Shown piece by piece: positions 1-11,212 of a stretch of 64,000 bases of DNA. Position 1 is the stretch's first letter. Each line of letters opens with the position of its first letter. The stretch is from the NCBI GenBank assembly GCA_963826785.1, contig CAWGYD010000003.1, positions 256,001 to 320,000 on the forward strand. The letters are read 5' to 3'. The DNA is from an uncultured delta proteobacterium (GTDB lineage Bacteria; Desulfobacterota; Desulfobacteria; Desulfobacterales; Desulfosalsimonadaceae). The notes under the pieces were generated by a model. The model did not search any database. It was not told the origin of the DNA and saw only the letters and a list, made by a program, of their open reading frames with translations. The position numbers and the translations under genes were made by a program.

Positions 1-844
1 GTTTGTCAAATACCGTGGCCCCGATGAGCAGCAGATAGGCTTCCGTCATCTTTCCCTGATAGGCGAAAAAAACCGCCATCAGGCCCATCATGGCGTTCAT
101 GACGGTTAAGGCATTGGGAAAGAAGGCCAGTATCCGCCTCCGGAGCAGCTGATCATCCAGGCAGATTTCGTTTAAGCAGTAGGTGCCGTATTTCCGGCAG
201 TATCCGGCGATGGAGCCGAAGTTGATGACCAGAAAAACGATTTCGATGATAAACAGGTTCCGGACCGGCAGGTTTCCCATCCAGTCCAGTGCGGCATAGA
301 TGGGAGAAAAAGCTCCGGCCGAAGGAATGTAAAATGCATGCATGTACAAAAGAAGCCCGAGGGGGGCGGCGATGACCGTCCTGAGACGCGTGAGTTCCCG
401 CAGTTCCGGGGCCTGGTCATTGCGGATGGCAAACCCGCGCATGAAATGGGCAAAGTTGTTGCGGATCAGAACGGTGACGCAGACGATGAGCACAAAAACC
501 GCATGGAGCAGATCCAGCCGATTGTGCCCCGCAGGGGCGTACACCAGCCGCCACATCATCCCGACGGCCACCAGGGGAAATACAATGGAATAGACCAGCC
601 GGTCCATGATCCGCTCGGCCAGTTCGGCAATGGTGAGATTGGTGATAAATCTTGCGGCAAACCATCCGTCCACCAGGTCGAAGATCATGGAGGTAAACAG
701 CAGGAGGGTCCCGGCCAGGTACAAGGAGGAACTCCGGGTGAGCATCACCGCCATGGCGCAGAGCATGCCGCCGAAAACCAGGGGCGGACGGCCGTAAACC
801 AGAACAGGGGTGATTTTCTTTAAAACACGATGATCAACAGTCAT
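1..844 (-). CDS. CDP-alcohol phosphatidyltransferase family protein, apparently two domains; runs off the left edge
   Basis: Manual translation from ATG 844: MTVDHRVLKKITPVLVYGRPPL...FDLVDGWFAAR...IMDRLVY (DxxDGxxAR motif). A second PssA-like start follows (FFPNALTVMNAMMGLMAVFFA...IGATVFDK). Confidence 0.75.
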   Translation of the reverse strand, partial: MTVDHRVLKKITPVLVYGRPPLVFGGMLCAMAVMLTRSSSLYLAGTLLLFTSMIFDLVDGWFAARFITNLTIAELAERIMDRLVYSIVFPLVAVGMMWRLVYAPAGHNRLDLLHAVFVLIVCVTVLIRNNFAHFMRGFAIRNDQAPELRELTRLRTVIAAPLGLLLYMHAFYIPSAGAFSPIYAALDWMGNLPVRNLFIIEIVFLVINFGSIAGYCRKYGTYCLNEICLDDQLLRRRILAFFPNALTVMNAMMGLMAVFFAYQGKMTEAYLLLIGATVFDK

Positions 845-938
845 AAAAGGCAGTTTAGGTTTTATGTGGCTGACCTGTAAAGTAAAAAAAGAAAACAGCA
901 GAAGGATTTTTCCCATTTAAATCATTTCTTTGCTCAAA

Positions 939-1400
939 TTAAACTTCGAAAATCCCCTGGTAGGCCTTTTCCAGCCGGTGCTTATGGCGGGCTTCCTCAT
1001 TTGCCAGGCCGATAAACAACAGGCTCAGGTCGGGGTCATCCGTGATTTCGGCCAGCAAGGAATACAGCTGTTGTGATTTTTCCTCGCGTTTCATGGCAAG
1101 GATCAGCGCGTTTTTAAAATCCATATCGGGATGGGGGGCTTCATGGGCCAGGTGCTCTGAAACATGCAGGTCCGCGATCCGCCTGGAAATGCCGGAGAAG
1201 ATCGCCTCCATCTTGGCGCCATCCAGATCCTGAAGGGTGGCCTGATGCATCCTTTCCTCCTGGGCAAATTCCAGAAACATCTGGCGGGCGGCCGTATCTT
1301 TGACGATATCGGCCATATCCGAATAGAATGCGAAGGCATCTTTTTCCCGCATGACTGCAAAATCGATCACTTCAGAAAAGCAATGAAATCCGTTTTTCAC
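939..1400 (-). CDS. Rubrerythrin/ferritin-like diiron protein
   Basis: Two ExxH-type motifs (EERMH, EEARH), each preceded by A..RE...Y helices. Confidence 0.85.
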   Translation of the reverse strand: MKNGFHCFSEVIDFAVMREKDAFAFYSDMADIVKDTAARQMFLEFAQEERMHQATLQDLDGAKMEAIFSGISRRIADLHVSEHLAHEAPHPDMDFKNALILAMKREEKSQQLYSLLAEITDDPDLSLLFIGLANEEARHKHRLEKAYQGIFEV

Positions 1401-1436
1401 TTTAATCTCCTGCTGGTAAGTGCCTGCGCGCCGCTG

Positions 1437-2945
1437 TCACTGGACGGCGGGCAGAAAAATGGAAACAGTGGTACCTTCGCCAGGCGCCGATTGCACGCGG
1501 ATATCTCCTGAATGACGCTTGATGATGGCATAGACGATGGTCAGGCCCAGGCCGCGGCCCCGGTCCGAATCCCGCTGCTGGGTGGAAAAATAAGGATCGA
1601 AGATCTGGTCCTGGTGCTCCGGGGCGATCCCGGCGCCGGTATCGATGATGGATATTTTCACATAGGGGCCCGGCGGCAATGAGGGCGCCTCCGATGCCGC
1701 CGATGCCGACAAGGTAATGTTTTCAGCCGAAATGGCGACAGTTCCACCCGACGGCATGGCATTTTCGGCGTTTGACAGCAGGTTTTCAAAGACCTGGAGC
1801 ATGTGCGCGGCAATAAAATTCACCGGATGCAGGTCATCGGGGATGAAGATCTGGTAATCAGCGGCGGCGTTTGGCCCGGACCGGGCGTCCACCGCCTGCC
1901 GGATCATCCCGGAAATCCCTTCGGGGGTCTTCGGGGGAAGATCGCTGTCCGAAAACTGAAGGAACCTGAGCACCAGTTCCCGTGCATCCATGCACGAGTG
2001 ATAGGCCCGGGTGAGATGCTGGAGCGGTGATCCTCCGGCAGTTTGCCGGGCCAGTTCGATCCCGCCCATGATGGCAGTCAACAGGTTATTGAAATCGTGG
2101 GCAATGCCCTCGGCCATCCTGGCCACCGCCTCCATTTTCCGGGCCTGGCGAAGTTCGGTTTCCAGGGCCACCTGTTCCTCTTGAGCCTGCTTCAATCGGG
2201 AGACATCATGGATGGTGCCCTGGTATGCCACCACCTCGCCGTTTGCACCCCGGACCACCACGGCGGTGATCTGGGCGGGAAAGACACAGCCGTCCTTTCG
2301 CCTCATGTTGACGGGGTAGCGATGCACCGATCCATTTTCAGCGATGGCCGCCATCAGCCGCTGACGGTCTATCGCTTCAGCATACAGGCTCGCAACGGGT
2401 ATCTGCGTCATCTCGGTGTGGGTATAGCCGAACATTTCCCGGGCCGACTCGTTGAACTCCTGGGTCCGGCCATCCACCGAAGTGATATAGACGCAGTCTG
2501 CGGAGGTCTTGAAAAAATTCCGGTATTTTTCCTCGTTTCGCCTCAGGCTTTCCTGCATTTGAACGACATCGGTCCGATCGATGGCAAAACAGATCAGCCC
2601 CATGGGCCGATCCTTGAAATCCCTCAGTGGAACCTTCCAGACCCGCATGGTTTTTTCCCCGGCGGCGGTTCGACAGGAGAGCAGCAAATCCTTTTGCACC
2701 TTGCCGGTCGCGATCACCCGAAGATCACCCGCCATCAAATCGGAGGCCGGATGGCCGGACAGGGATTTTTCCGTATGGGATTCGACATCCGATTTCGATA
2801 TTCCAAAAACATCCACCAGGGCTTTGTTGGCGCAGATGACCCTGCCATCGGCATCGGTGCAGTAAACCGGAGTGGGAAAGGCATCAAAAATGATGTCGAT
2901 AAATTCTTTGCGCTCAAGCAATTTTGGATTTTGAGGATTGTCCAT
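1437..2945 (-). CDS. PAS-PAS sensor histidine kinase
   Basis: Two PAS/PAC domains, H-box [11 protein letters not shown]-box ENLLSNA, DTGAGI, GRGLGL. Confidence 0.92.
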   Translation of the reverse strand: MDNPQNPKLLERKEFIDIIFDAFPTPVYCTDADGRVICANKALVDVFGISKSDVESHTEKSLSGHPASDLMAGDLRVIATGKVQKDLLLSCRTAAGEKTMRVWKVPLRDFKDRPMGLICFAIDRTDVVQMQESLRRNEEKYRNFFKTSADCVYITSVDGRTQEFNESAREMFGYTHTEMTQIPVASLYAEAIDRQRLMAAIAENGSVHRYPVNMRRKDGCVFPAQITAVVVRGANGEVVAYQGTIHDVSRLKQAQEEQVALETELRQARKMEAVARMAEGIAHDFNNLLTAIMGGIELARQTAGGSPLQHLTRAYHSCMDARELVLRFLQFSDSDLPPKTPEGISGMIRQAVDARSGPNAAADYQIFIPDDLHPVNFIAAHMLQVFENLLSNAENAMPSGGTVAISAENITLSASAASEAPSLPPGPYVKISIIDTGAGIAPEHQDQIFDPYFSTQQRDSDRGRGLGLTIVYAIIKRHSGDIRVQSAPGEGTTVSIFLPAVQ

Positions 2946-3043
2946 GTTTTTTCCCTGTCTGCCTTGCAGAAAATGTCCTTAAGGCACAACATCCGTGTAA
3001 ACGAATTTCTCACCCGAAAATGCGGCAGGCAGATGAGCAGACA

Positions 3044-5059
3044 TCATACACCACCGGGCAGGGGCCATGATGCTTTTATCATCGTGCCGATTCCGGGCGA
3101 TGACCGCACCATCAGGGTTCCACCCGAAAGGCGGACCCGCTCTTTCATGCTGGCAAGCCCGATTCTCCCCGATGACGGTTCAATCGTTTTTGAGATCAAA
3201 CCCCACCCCGTTGTCTTTGACCATCAACTCGATCCGGCTTTCCGGGTGACTGAGAAAAATTTCCAGCCGGCTGGCCTGGCTGTGCCGGAGGGCATTTGCC
3301 ATGGCTTCCTGCATGATCCTGAAAATCGTAATTTTTAAATCTTCCGGGACATCTTCTTCTGAGATATTGACATCGGGCAGAATCCTGCAGCCGGGGATGG
3401 ATTCCTGCAGGTTGCGGCAGAGCCACTGCATCGCGGCGATGAGGCCCAGATCATCCAGCATCGGTGGACGCAGCTCCGTATAGAGGGTCCGGATATCGCC
3501 GATCGTCTCCCGGGAAAATGAAACAAACCGCTCCAGCAACTCCCGCACAGCGGGCGAAATTGAATCGCCCGCCTTCAGCAGTTCGCCTTCCATGCTGAAC
3601 TTGAATCCGGCCAGCGGCTGCCCGATGCGGTCATGAAGATCTCCGGCGATGCGCTGCCGCTCCTGCTCCTGAAGGGATATGAGCCTGGCGGAAAGCGCCC
3701 GGAGCTGATTTTCCGATTCCTGCAGCGCCTTTTGGGCCTCGACTTTTTCATGGATATCCGAAATCATGAGCAAAACAGCGGGCGCGCCATCCCACTCAAT
3801 CGTGTTGACCCGGAGTTCGATCCAGCGGACTTTTCCGCTCTTGTGAATATAGCGGCAATAACTGATACGAGGGGGTCGGCCGCCGGCCATCCGTTTGCGA
3901 TATCTATCCATTGTGACAGCCCGGTCGTCCTCATGAATGAAACCGATAAAGGGAGTGGACAAGAGTTCATCCATGGCATATCCGGTGATCTGTTCGGCCT
4001 TGGGATTCACATACCGGATCTGGTCCCCCTGGGTGACGATGATGACCTCATTGGCATTTTCCACCACCGTGCGGTACCGGAGATCAAGGCGGCGCAATGC
4101 GTCTTCGGCCGCCTTTTTCGCCGTGATATCACGGCCGATGATCTGCACGGCGGTTTTCCCCTGGTAGGGAAAGGGAACGCCCCTGAATTCCACATCGATT
4201 TGCGTGCCGTCCAGCCGCAGGATTTTCTGTTCGTAAACCGGGGAAGGGGTGCCTTCCTGTACTAATTTTTCGATGCGCGCCCGCGAATCATCGCGCCTGG
4301 GCGGACTGACGAAGTCCGTAAGGGGCATTCCGATGAGCTGATCCGGCGTGGCGGCGCCCATCATGCGGGCGCCGGCCGGATTGATGAACACGATCTTCCC
4401 CTCGCAGTGAATGGCCACCAGGTCGGGAGAAAGTTCCACCAGGTCCTGGTAGCGGGCCTCGCTTGCAGCCAGGTCCGCCTCGGTGCGCATCCGGCAGATG
4501 ACCGAGCCGGCTGCACGGCCGATGGATTCCAGCATAATGGCCTGCGCGTCCGTAAACGCCCTGGGCATCCGGCTGGCCATGTTCAGGGCGCCGATGACCT
4601 TCTTTTTCGCCAGCAGTGGAACCGAAATGACGGAACTGAGCCCGTGTTTTTCCGATATATCCGGCAGAAATTCTGCAAACCGGTCGGCCAGAATGGCCTT
4701 TTTTTCCAAAAACACGATGCTGAACGGCCACTGACCGGTATCCACCGTCCGGACCGCCGCCACAAAATCCGTTGACAGGCCCCTTGCGCAGACGATCTCG
4801 GCGGTCCCGGCCGATTCATCGGAAAAATATATGGCGCCTCCGTCGCAATCCAGAAACGAAACGATTTCTTCCAGGATGTTCGCCAGAAGCGTCTGGAGCC
4901 CCCGCACCGATTCCCCAGATGAATGATGCGGTGCAGGATATCCTCTTTTCGGCTGATTTTGCCGGAAAAGGGAGTTTCCGGATCCGGCTTTGACGGCGGG
5001 AAGGCCGATGCCGTTGATCTTGGCGGGCCGCCGGATTTTCGCGAGTTTTTCCTTTTCAT
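3044..5059 (-). CDS. GAF-PAS-PAS sensor histidine kinase (HisKA_3/NarX type), with frameshifts near both ends
   Basis: Core ORF 3180-4907 has ERQRIAGDLHD, QEAMANALRH and DNGVGFD. The C-terminus resumes in another frame after an A5 run (GRIGLASMKERVRLSGG...WPLPGGV*, stop 3044). The N-terminus is in the 4583-5224 frame. Confidence 0.85.
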
Positions 5060-5440
5060 CTCATGTGAAGGCTTTCGGGAAAGCACGGCCATCCCAGGCA
5101 TTATCGACACGAAAATGCGCTGGTCCGGCCATATGAAAAAATAAGTGAAAAGAACGTCGTTGTGCCGGGACCGGCAGCCAGAACAAGGATTTGGGGGGAA
5201 TGACGATTGGCCGGCCGAGATCATCTATTCAGTGCCTGAACGAAAACCGCTAATTTTCCCAATTTCTGCGTTGGGCTCAAATTTTAATCCTCGAAATACG
5301 TCCAGTATTCCTGCGGTTAAAATTCTCGCCCGCCTTGAACTTGAAAAAATTTTCAGGTTTTCGTTCGGGCACTATTTATCTGATAGAATCTCAGAAACCT
5401 AAATATCTGTCAACTTGAAAAAAATAGAACGAAATCCGGT

Positions 5441-6136
5441 TCAACCCGGAGGCAAAGCGTCTATTTTCGTCAACTGCAGGGTAAAAGATTCGTTGTGGAC
5501 CGGCCGGCTTTGCAGCACGAAATCAAACCGGTCCAGGGCCATGCAGTAGTCGAAATCCTCCGGCGGCGCAAAACCCCCTTCGATGATCCGACGGCCGGCA
5601 CCGGTTTTCAAACGCTGACGGATGCCATTGAAATCGACCGCAATCCCTTCGAGCCGGTCGCGAAGATATTGCGCGCAGATCAGATCTTCATCCCCCGGAT
5701 CGGGATATCCGGTGCAGTACAGATTGATTTCAGCGGGCCGCTGCCGGAGCAGATAGCAAATCACGGCCCCGGCATTGACGAAACTGCCCGTGATGACGTT
5801 ATCCGCGCCGGCTGCGGCGAACAGGCCGCGGGTCCCTGCGGTGGTGGTATGGATGCAGACCTTGCCTTCAAGATCCGCCCGGAGTACTTCTGCCGGTGAG
5901 TTTCCCAGGTCGAACCCCTCCACCTTGAAGCCGCCGCGCTCGCCGATCAGCACCGAATTTCCCAGATGATTCCTGAGTAAAAACGCCTCCTCGACGGTGG
6001 CCACCGGAATATAGCGGCGCGGCCGTTTGGCCATCACATAGCAGGACACGGAAAACGCCCGGAACACGTCGATGATCACCGCGGTCCCCGCGGCCTCCCG
6101 GATGGCGTCTTCTTCGGTGATGATTCGGATGTTCAT
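5441..6136 (-). CDS. comB: 2-phosphosulfolactate phosphatase (ComB) family
   Basis: Motifs VIIDVFRA, GERGG..GFDLGNSP, TTAGT, GSFVNA and ED..CA. Confidence 0.85.
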   Translation of the reverse strand: MNIRIITEEDAIREAAGTAVIIDVFRAFSVSCYVMAKRPRRYIPVATVEEAFLLRNHLGNSVLIGERGGFKVEGFDLGNSPAEVLRADLEGKVCIHTTTAGTRGLFAAAGADNVITGSFVNAGAVICYLLRQRPAEINLYCTGYPDPGDEDLICAQYLRDRLEGIAVDFNGIRQRLKTGAGRRIIEGGFAPPEDFDYCMALDRFDFVLQSRPVHNESFTLQLTKIDALPPG

Positions 6137-6148
6137 ACGCCCAAAAAC

Positions 6149-6802
6149 TTAATAGTACCACCCCCGGATGACAAACGCGTAAATGTTCATGACGATGGGC
6201 ACCGTATAAAAAGCGCAGAGGGTGATGATCTTGCTTCTCATGGATTTCAAGGTGATCACCAGGGCCGCGGCCATGAAGAAATGGAAATAGCCGAACAGGA
6301 AGATCAGCCACACCCCTTTGTAGGACAGGTACCACCATTCATATTCCCAGATGAGATGATTGCCGATGTTGAGCAGACATTCCACAAATACGCAGAAAAT
6401 GGAATAACCGATGGCCCAGAACAGCTTTTCGGGAAGCCCCAGGATTTTCTGCGTGGTGGCCGGCGACAGCGTGTGGTAGTAGATGATGCCCACGATTAAA
6501 AACATGAACATGATCTCGATGTTCCATCCCACCATGGTGCGGAGCGCCGTGGGCCCCGGCGTCGTCCACACGGCGGAGCGGCCGGTGAACACCAGCACCC
6601 ATCCGTTCCAGGTTTCATTGAAAAAATCGACCCCGAAGATGGTCAGCCCGGCAAAAACCGCGTTCCAGTTTCCCGTCAGCCGGGCGTCCTTGATTTCCTT
6701 GGCATACACGTAAAAGATCAGCGCCAGCAGCGGAATAATATACCATTTAATCATGGACAAATCCCGGAGTCCGTCAAGCGCGCGAATGGTCGCCTCGGTC
6801 AT
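6149..6802 (-). CDS. Integral membrane protein of unknown function (about 6-7 TM)
   Basis: Hydrophobic Trp-rich ORF with an SD (ggagg), co-oriented with and tightly spaced between abfD and comB. Confidence 0.75.
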   Translation of the reverse strand: MTEATIRALDGLRDLSMIKWYIIPLLALIFYVYAKEIKDARLTGNWNAVFAGLTIFGVDFFNETWNGWVLVFTGRSAVWTTPGPTALRTMVGWNIEIMFMFLIVGIIYYHTLSPATTQKILGLPEKLFWAIGYSIFCVFVECLLNIGNHLIWEYEWWYLSYKGVWLIFLFGYFHFFMAAALVITLKSMRSKIITLCAFYTVPIVMNIYAFVIRGWYY

Positions 6803-6827
6803 CGTACACCTCCCCTGATTTTAAAAA

Positions 6828-8306
6828 TTATTTCCCGGCATTTTTCGCCATATCTTCATCGGGGTCCCGGACCCCGCACAAACGCATGGCCAGCTGCTGC
6901 TTGGTCTTCATGTCCGCCAGGCGCGAAATCATGACCCGCTGGGCCTGGGGAGAGCCCGCCCCGTGCATCGATTCGGTAAGATAGCCCACCGCGGCGGTTC
7001 CCAGGGTGAGATTTTCGATCAGCCGGAGAATGCGCATCCGGTTTTCAATGGATACACCGGTGCCCGCCTGGAAATATTTTTCGATCCACCGCCGGGTCTG
7101 GGGCGATTTGAAATCCTGCTCGGAGGGCAGGGTCACCATCAGGCCCCCGGCGACATCCTGGGCCAGCCGGGCGATCTCATAGGGGAAACGCGTGACGTTC
7201 TGTTTGGAGACATTGGCCAGCAGGGTGTTGACACAAAAGGTGCCGCTGGGCTGCTGCTCACCTTCCGATGCGCAGGCGATGGAACCGCAGTAGAGCGTCT
7301 CGTTTAAATGGTTCATCTCGATGATCTTGTCTTTGATGTGGGACGCTTTGGCCACGCCGTTGTATTCCGCGATGGTCTGGGCGGCGCCGATGAGGACATC
7401 CCCCACCCCCACCTTGCAGGCGTAACTCTGGCGGTGATAGGAGGCGAATTTTTCCACCAGGGGGCCGGCAAACTCGTATTCTCCGCACATGAAGATCCGA
7501 TCCGCGGGGACGAACACATCGTCAAAAACCACCAGGGCTTCGTGCCCGCCGAACACGGGATTGCCCACGTCCAGGTTCCCCCCCTCCAGCTTGCGCGTGT
7601 CGCAGGACTGGCGGCCCATGATGTAGGTGATCCCCTCCGCGTCGCTGGGCAGGGCAAAGGAGACGGCATAGTCGCGGTCGGCTTCGCGCATGGCGATGGT
7701 GGGCATGACGATGATCTCATGGGAATTGACCGCCCCGGTCTGGTGGGCCTTGGCGCCGCGGACCACGATGCCGTCGGCCCGCTTTTCCACCACCCGCAGG
7801 TACATGTCCGGATCGGGCTGCTGGTGAGGCGCAAGGGAGCGGTCCCCCTTGGGGTCGGTCATGGCGCCGTCGCAGGTGAGGTCGTTTTCCTGGACATGGG
7901 CCAGGTACTTCTCGAAATTCGGGTAATAGGAGGTGCCCCTGGCCGCGTCGATATCCCAGGTGACGATGGACAGGGCATTTAAGGCGTCCATGCCCACGCA
8001 GCGCTGGAAACAGCACCCGGTGTGCGCCCCCATCAGCCGCCCCATCTTCGTCTTTTTCACCAGGTCGTCCACGCTCTGGTGGATGTGGGTAAACCGGTTG
8101 ATCTTCTTTCCGGTCAGGTGGGAGGTTGCGGTCATGATCTCTTCATATTCCGGGCGCCCGGCCATCTCATAGGTCTTGGCCACCGCATTCATGGACGGCC
8201 GGATGATCGGGTCATCCACCACGTTTTCCAGGCGCCGCCCGAACATGTACACCACCAGGTTCAATTTGCGCAGACTGTCTTCATATTGTTTTGCCGTCAT
8301 CCGCAT
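6828..8306 (-). CDS. abfD: 4-hydroxybutyryl-CoA dehydratase / vinylacetyl-CoA isomerase
   Basis: Fe-S ligand motifs CFQRC and HRQSYAC, plus GAMTDPKGDRS and ESMHGAGSPQAQR. Confidence 0.9.
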   Translation of the reverse strand: MRMTAKQYEDSLRKLNLVVYMFGRRLENVVDDPIIRPSMNAVAKTYEMAGRPEYEEIMTATSHLTGKKINRFTHIHQSVDDLVKKTKMGRLMGAHTGCCFQRCVGMDALNALSIVTWDIDAARGTSYYPNFEKYLAHVQENDLTCDGAMTDPKGDRSLAPHQQPDPDMYLRVVEKRADGIVVRGAKAHQTGAVNSHEIIVMPTIAMREADRDYAVSFALPSDAEGITYIMGRQSCDTRKLEGGNLDVGNPVFGGHEALVVFDDVFVPADRIFMCGEYEFAGPLVEKFASYHRQSYACKVGVGDVLIGAAQTIAEYNGVAKASHIKDKIIEMNHLNETLYCGSIACASEGEQQPSGTFCVNTLLANVSKQNVTRFPYEIARLAQDVAGGLMVTLPSEQDFKSPQTRRWIEKYFQAGTGVSIENRMRILRLIENLTLGTAAVGYLTESMHGAGSPQAQRVMISRLADMKTKQQLAMRLCGVRDPDEDMAKNAGK

Positions 8307-8375
8307 GGGATCACCTCAGTCTATATTTTTACCTATTTCTTAAAGCTTCGTAAAAAACTTCCGCCCCCGCCGGAC

Positions 8376-8533
8376 TGTGTTTTTGCAGCAAGGAACTTCT
8401 GAATCCTAACGGCCGCCGGCCAGCACACCCCCCTTTAATTCCCCCCTCAAGGGGGGATTGAGGTTTCTTTAATTCCGCCCACAAAGGGGGATTGACTTTA
8501 TTCCCCCCTTGAGGGGGGACCAAGGGGGGTGTT
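8376..8533 (+). repeat. Composite REP-like palindromic element, copy 1
   Basis: Leader GTGTTTTTGCAGCAAGGAACTT followed by ACACCCCCCTTTAATTCCCCCCTCAAGGGGGG...CCCCCCTTGAGGGGGGACCAAGGGGGGTGTT. Confidence 0.85.
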
Positions 8534-8610
8534 CGGCCGTTCGATTAAAACATAACCCATTCTCAGCCTAAACTGCTACCAATATTCACATCATGGGCGG
8601 CTTTTCGGTT

Positions 8611-10430
8611 TTACAGTCCGCCGAATCCGTCGTCATCGATGTCGATGGCGGCGGAAGAACTTTTCTTGATGGCGTCCATCTTGCCGAAGGTGACCGGGAT
8701 CAGGGTTTCCATGAAGAAGCGGGCTGAACTGATCTGCCCCTTGTAGAAGCTTTCGTCCTTCTTTTTGGCGCCGTTGTTGAGCTGGGTGGCCGCCACCTGG
8801 GCCCGCCACAGCAGCATCCATCCCATGATCACATCCCCCATGGTTTCCAGGAAGGGAACCGAATGGGCAAAGGCGACCTTGAAATCGGGGGACATGGCCT
8901 TTTTCCCCATGTGCATGGCCACTTCCCCCAGGCGGTTGACCGCGGTTTCCAGGGTTTCGGCAATACTCTTGAGTTCATCGACTTCTTTTGCCCGGGCGAC
9001 GACCTTCTGGATTTCGGTCATGAAGGCCATGAACACCTGCCCTTTTTTCATCCCCAGTTTGCGGGCCAGCAGATCCATGGACTGGATGCCGCTGGTCCCT
9101 TCGAAAATGGAGGTGATCTTGCAGTCCCGGGCGTACTGCTCCACGGGGTAATCCTTGCAGTAGCCCGGCGCCGCCGTAGACCTGCATGGCCTGGATGCAG
9201 ACCTCATGGCCATGGACGGACAGGTAGTCCTTGATCAGGGGGGTCATCAACTCGAACATGTCGTCATATTTTTCCCGCTCTTCTTCGGTCGCGGCCAGCA
9301 GGGCCCGGGTCCGGCAGGACGCCATGTAATAGAAGAAGCTGCGCATGCCGTCTACGTAGGATTTCATCCACAGCAGGTTTCTGCGCACGTCCGGGTGCTT
9401 GATGATGGGGACGGACGGGGCCGCATGGTTGGCGAAATTTTCCAGATCCCGGCCCTGGAGCCGCTCACGGGCATACTTGACCGCCAGCATGTAGGCGGCG
9501 GACGCATAGGCCAGCCCCTGCAGTCCGGTGGCCATCCGGGCGCCGTTCATCATGTTGAACATGACCCGCATCCCCTTGCACTCCTCCCCCAGCAGGTACC
9601 CGATGCACTTGCCCTTGGATCCCTAAAGCCATCGAGCAGGTGGCGCTGGCATGAATGCCCATTTTTTCCTCGGTTCCGGTGCAGACGATGTCGTTTCGCT
9701 CGCCCAGGGAGCCGTCTGCATTGACCAGGTATTTGGGGACGATGAAGATGGAGATCCCCTTGGTCCCGGCGGGGTCCCCCTCGATGCGGGCCAGCACCGG
9801 GTGGATGATGTTGTCGCACAGGTCGTGCTCGCCGTTGGTGATGAAAATTTTGCCGCCGGAGAGGCAATAGGTGCCGTCTTCGTTTTTCACCGCGGTGGTG
9901 GTCAACGCCCCCACGTCGCTGCCGGCGTTGGCCTCGGTCAGCAGCATGGTGCCGCCCCATTCGCCGGATACCAGGCGGGGCACATACATCTTTTTCTGTT
10001 CTTCCGTGCCGTATTTTTCGATCATGTCGGCCGTGCCGTTGCCCATGGAGGCATAGCAGTAAAGCGCCCAGTTGGCCCCCATGAAATATTCCACGGCCGC
10101 GCTGGACACCAGCCCCGGTGCGCCCTGGCCGCCCATCTCGGTGGGCACCTGGAGGTTTCCCCATTCGCCTTCGAGAATCAGCTTGTGCACCTTGTGAAAA
10201 CTGTCCGGGACCTTCACCGACCCGTTTTCGAACCGGACCCCCTGCTCGTCGCTTTCCTGCAGGGTGGGCAGCATTTCATTGATGGCGATTTTTCGCGCCT
10301 CCGTGATGAGCATGTCGCAGGTTTTCCGGTTGAATTCCTTGTACTGGTCATACTGGATCAGTTCTTCGCCGTTCATCTGTTCCCAGATGACAAAATCGAT
10401 GTCCCGTCTGTCCGCAATCAGTTGTGCCAT
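8611..10430 (-). CDS. Acyl-CoA dehydrogenase, split into three frames
   Basis: Consecutive fragments carry GTMLLTEANAGSDVG, KIFITNGEHDL, EKMGIHASAT, MFNMMNGAR, QVYGG and ARDCKITSIFEGTSGIQ. Shifts are near 9625 and 9165. Confidence 0.9.
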
Positions 10431-10765
10431 GATCATTTCCTCCTGAGGTTCGATGTCAACGCCGTCCGTTTGTAAAAAAATCCATTGCCGGCGTTGGGTT
10501 GTTTGATTCGGGAAATTCAGCGCTTTACAAAGCATATAGTGAAATACATACTATACATGAACATCATTAATATTACTCTTGATCCCTGTCAATAACTTAT
10601 AGTACCCTGATGAAGTCGTATATTCCCAAACGACATCATGCCCGCGGAGGCGGGTAAACGTCTGTTGCCTGAATCCGCCCTTTGGCATTGTCGAAGCTAT
10701 CCCTGTTTACAAAATATGAAAAGCTCAATATAATTTTGTTTCTTCAACAAAAGGCAGGGGTTTTT

Positions 10766-11212
10766 ATGAAATTATATACAATCGGATATGAAGGGCTTAA
10801 TCAAAACGCTTTTTTATCCTGGCTGAAGCGATACGATATTGATATCGTTATTGATGTACGGCAGAGGCCACAGAGCAGGAAAAAAGGCTTTTCAAAAAAT
10901 GCGCTGCGTGAAAGCCTTGAAGAAAACGATATCAATATAAAGGGATATCCGTCACTTGGTGCATCCAAAGAACTGCGCGACAGTCTCTATTCATCGGGAG
11001 ATTATAAAAGTTTTTTCAAAAAATATCGAGAATCTATCCGTGGCAATGATGAACAGGTAAACGAATTGTATAGTTTTATAAAGTGCGGGAAGCGAATCGT
11101 TCTTCTGTGTTTCGAGCATGATCCGGATACTTGCCATCGATCGGTTTTAGCGGAGCAAATCAAAAGGCGGAGTGATAACGGTTTTAAAGTTAATCATATC
11201 GTACCGCTCTGA
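10766..11212 (+). CDS. DUF488 family protein
   Basis: Motifs LYTIGYEG, IDVRQRPQSRKKGFSK..L and LLCFEHDP..CHRS; low GC. Confidence 0.85.
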   Translation: MKLYTIGYEGLNQNAFLSWLKRYDIDIVIDVRQRPQSRKKGFSKNALRESLEENDINIKGYPSLGASKELRDSLYSSGDYKSFFKKYRESIRGNDEQVNELYSFIKCGKRIVLLCFEHDPDTCHRSVLAEQIKRRSDNGFKVNHIVPL

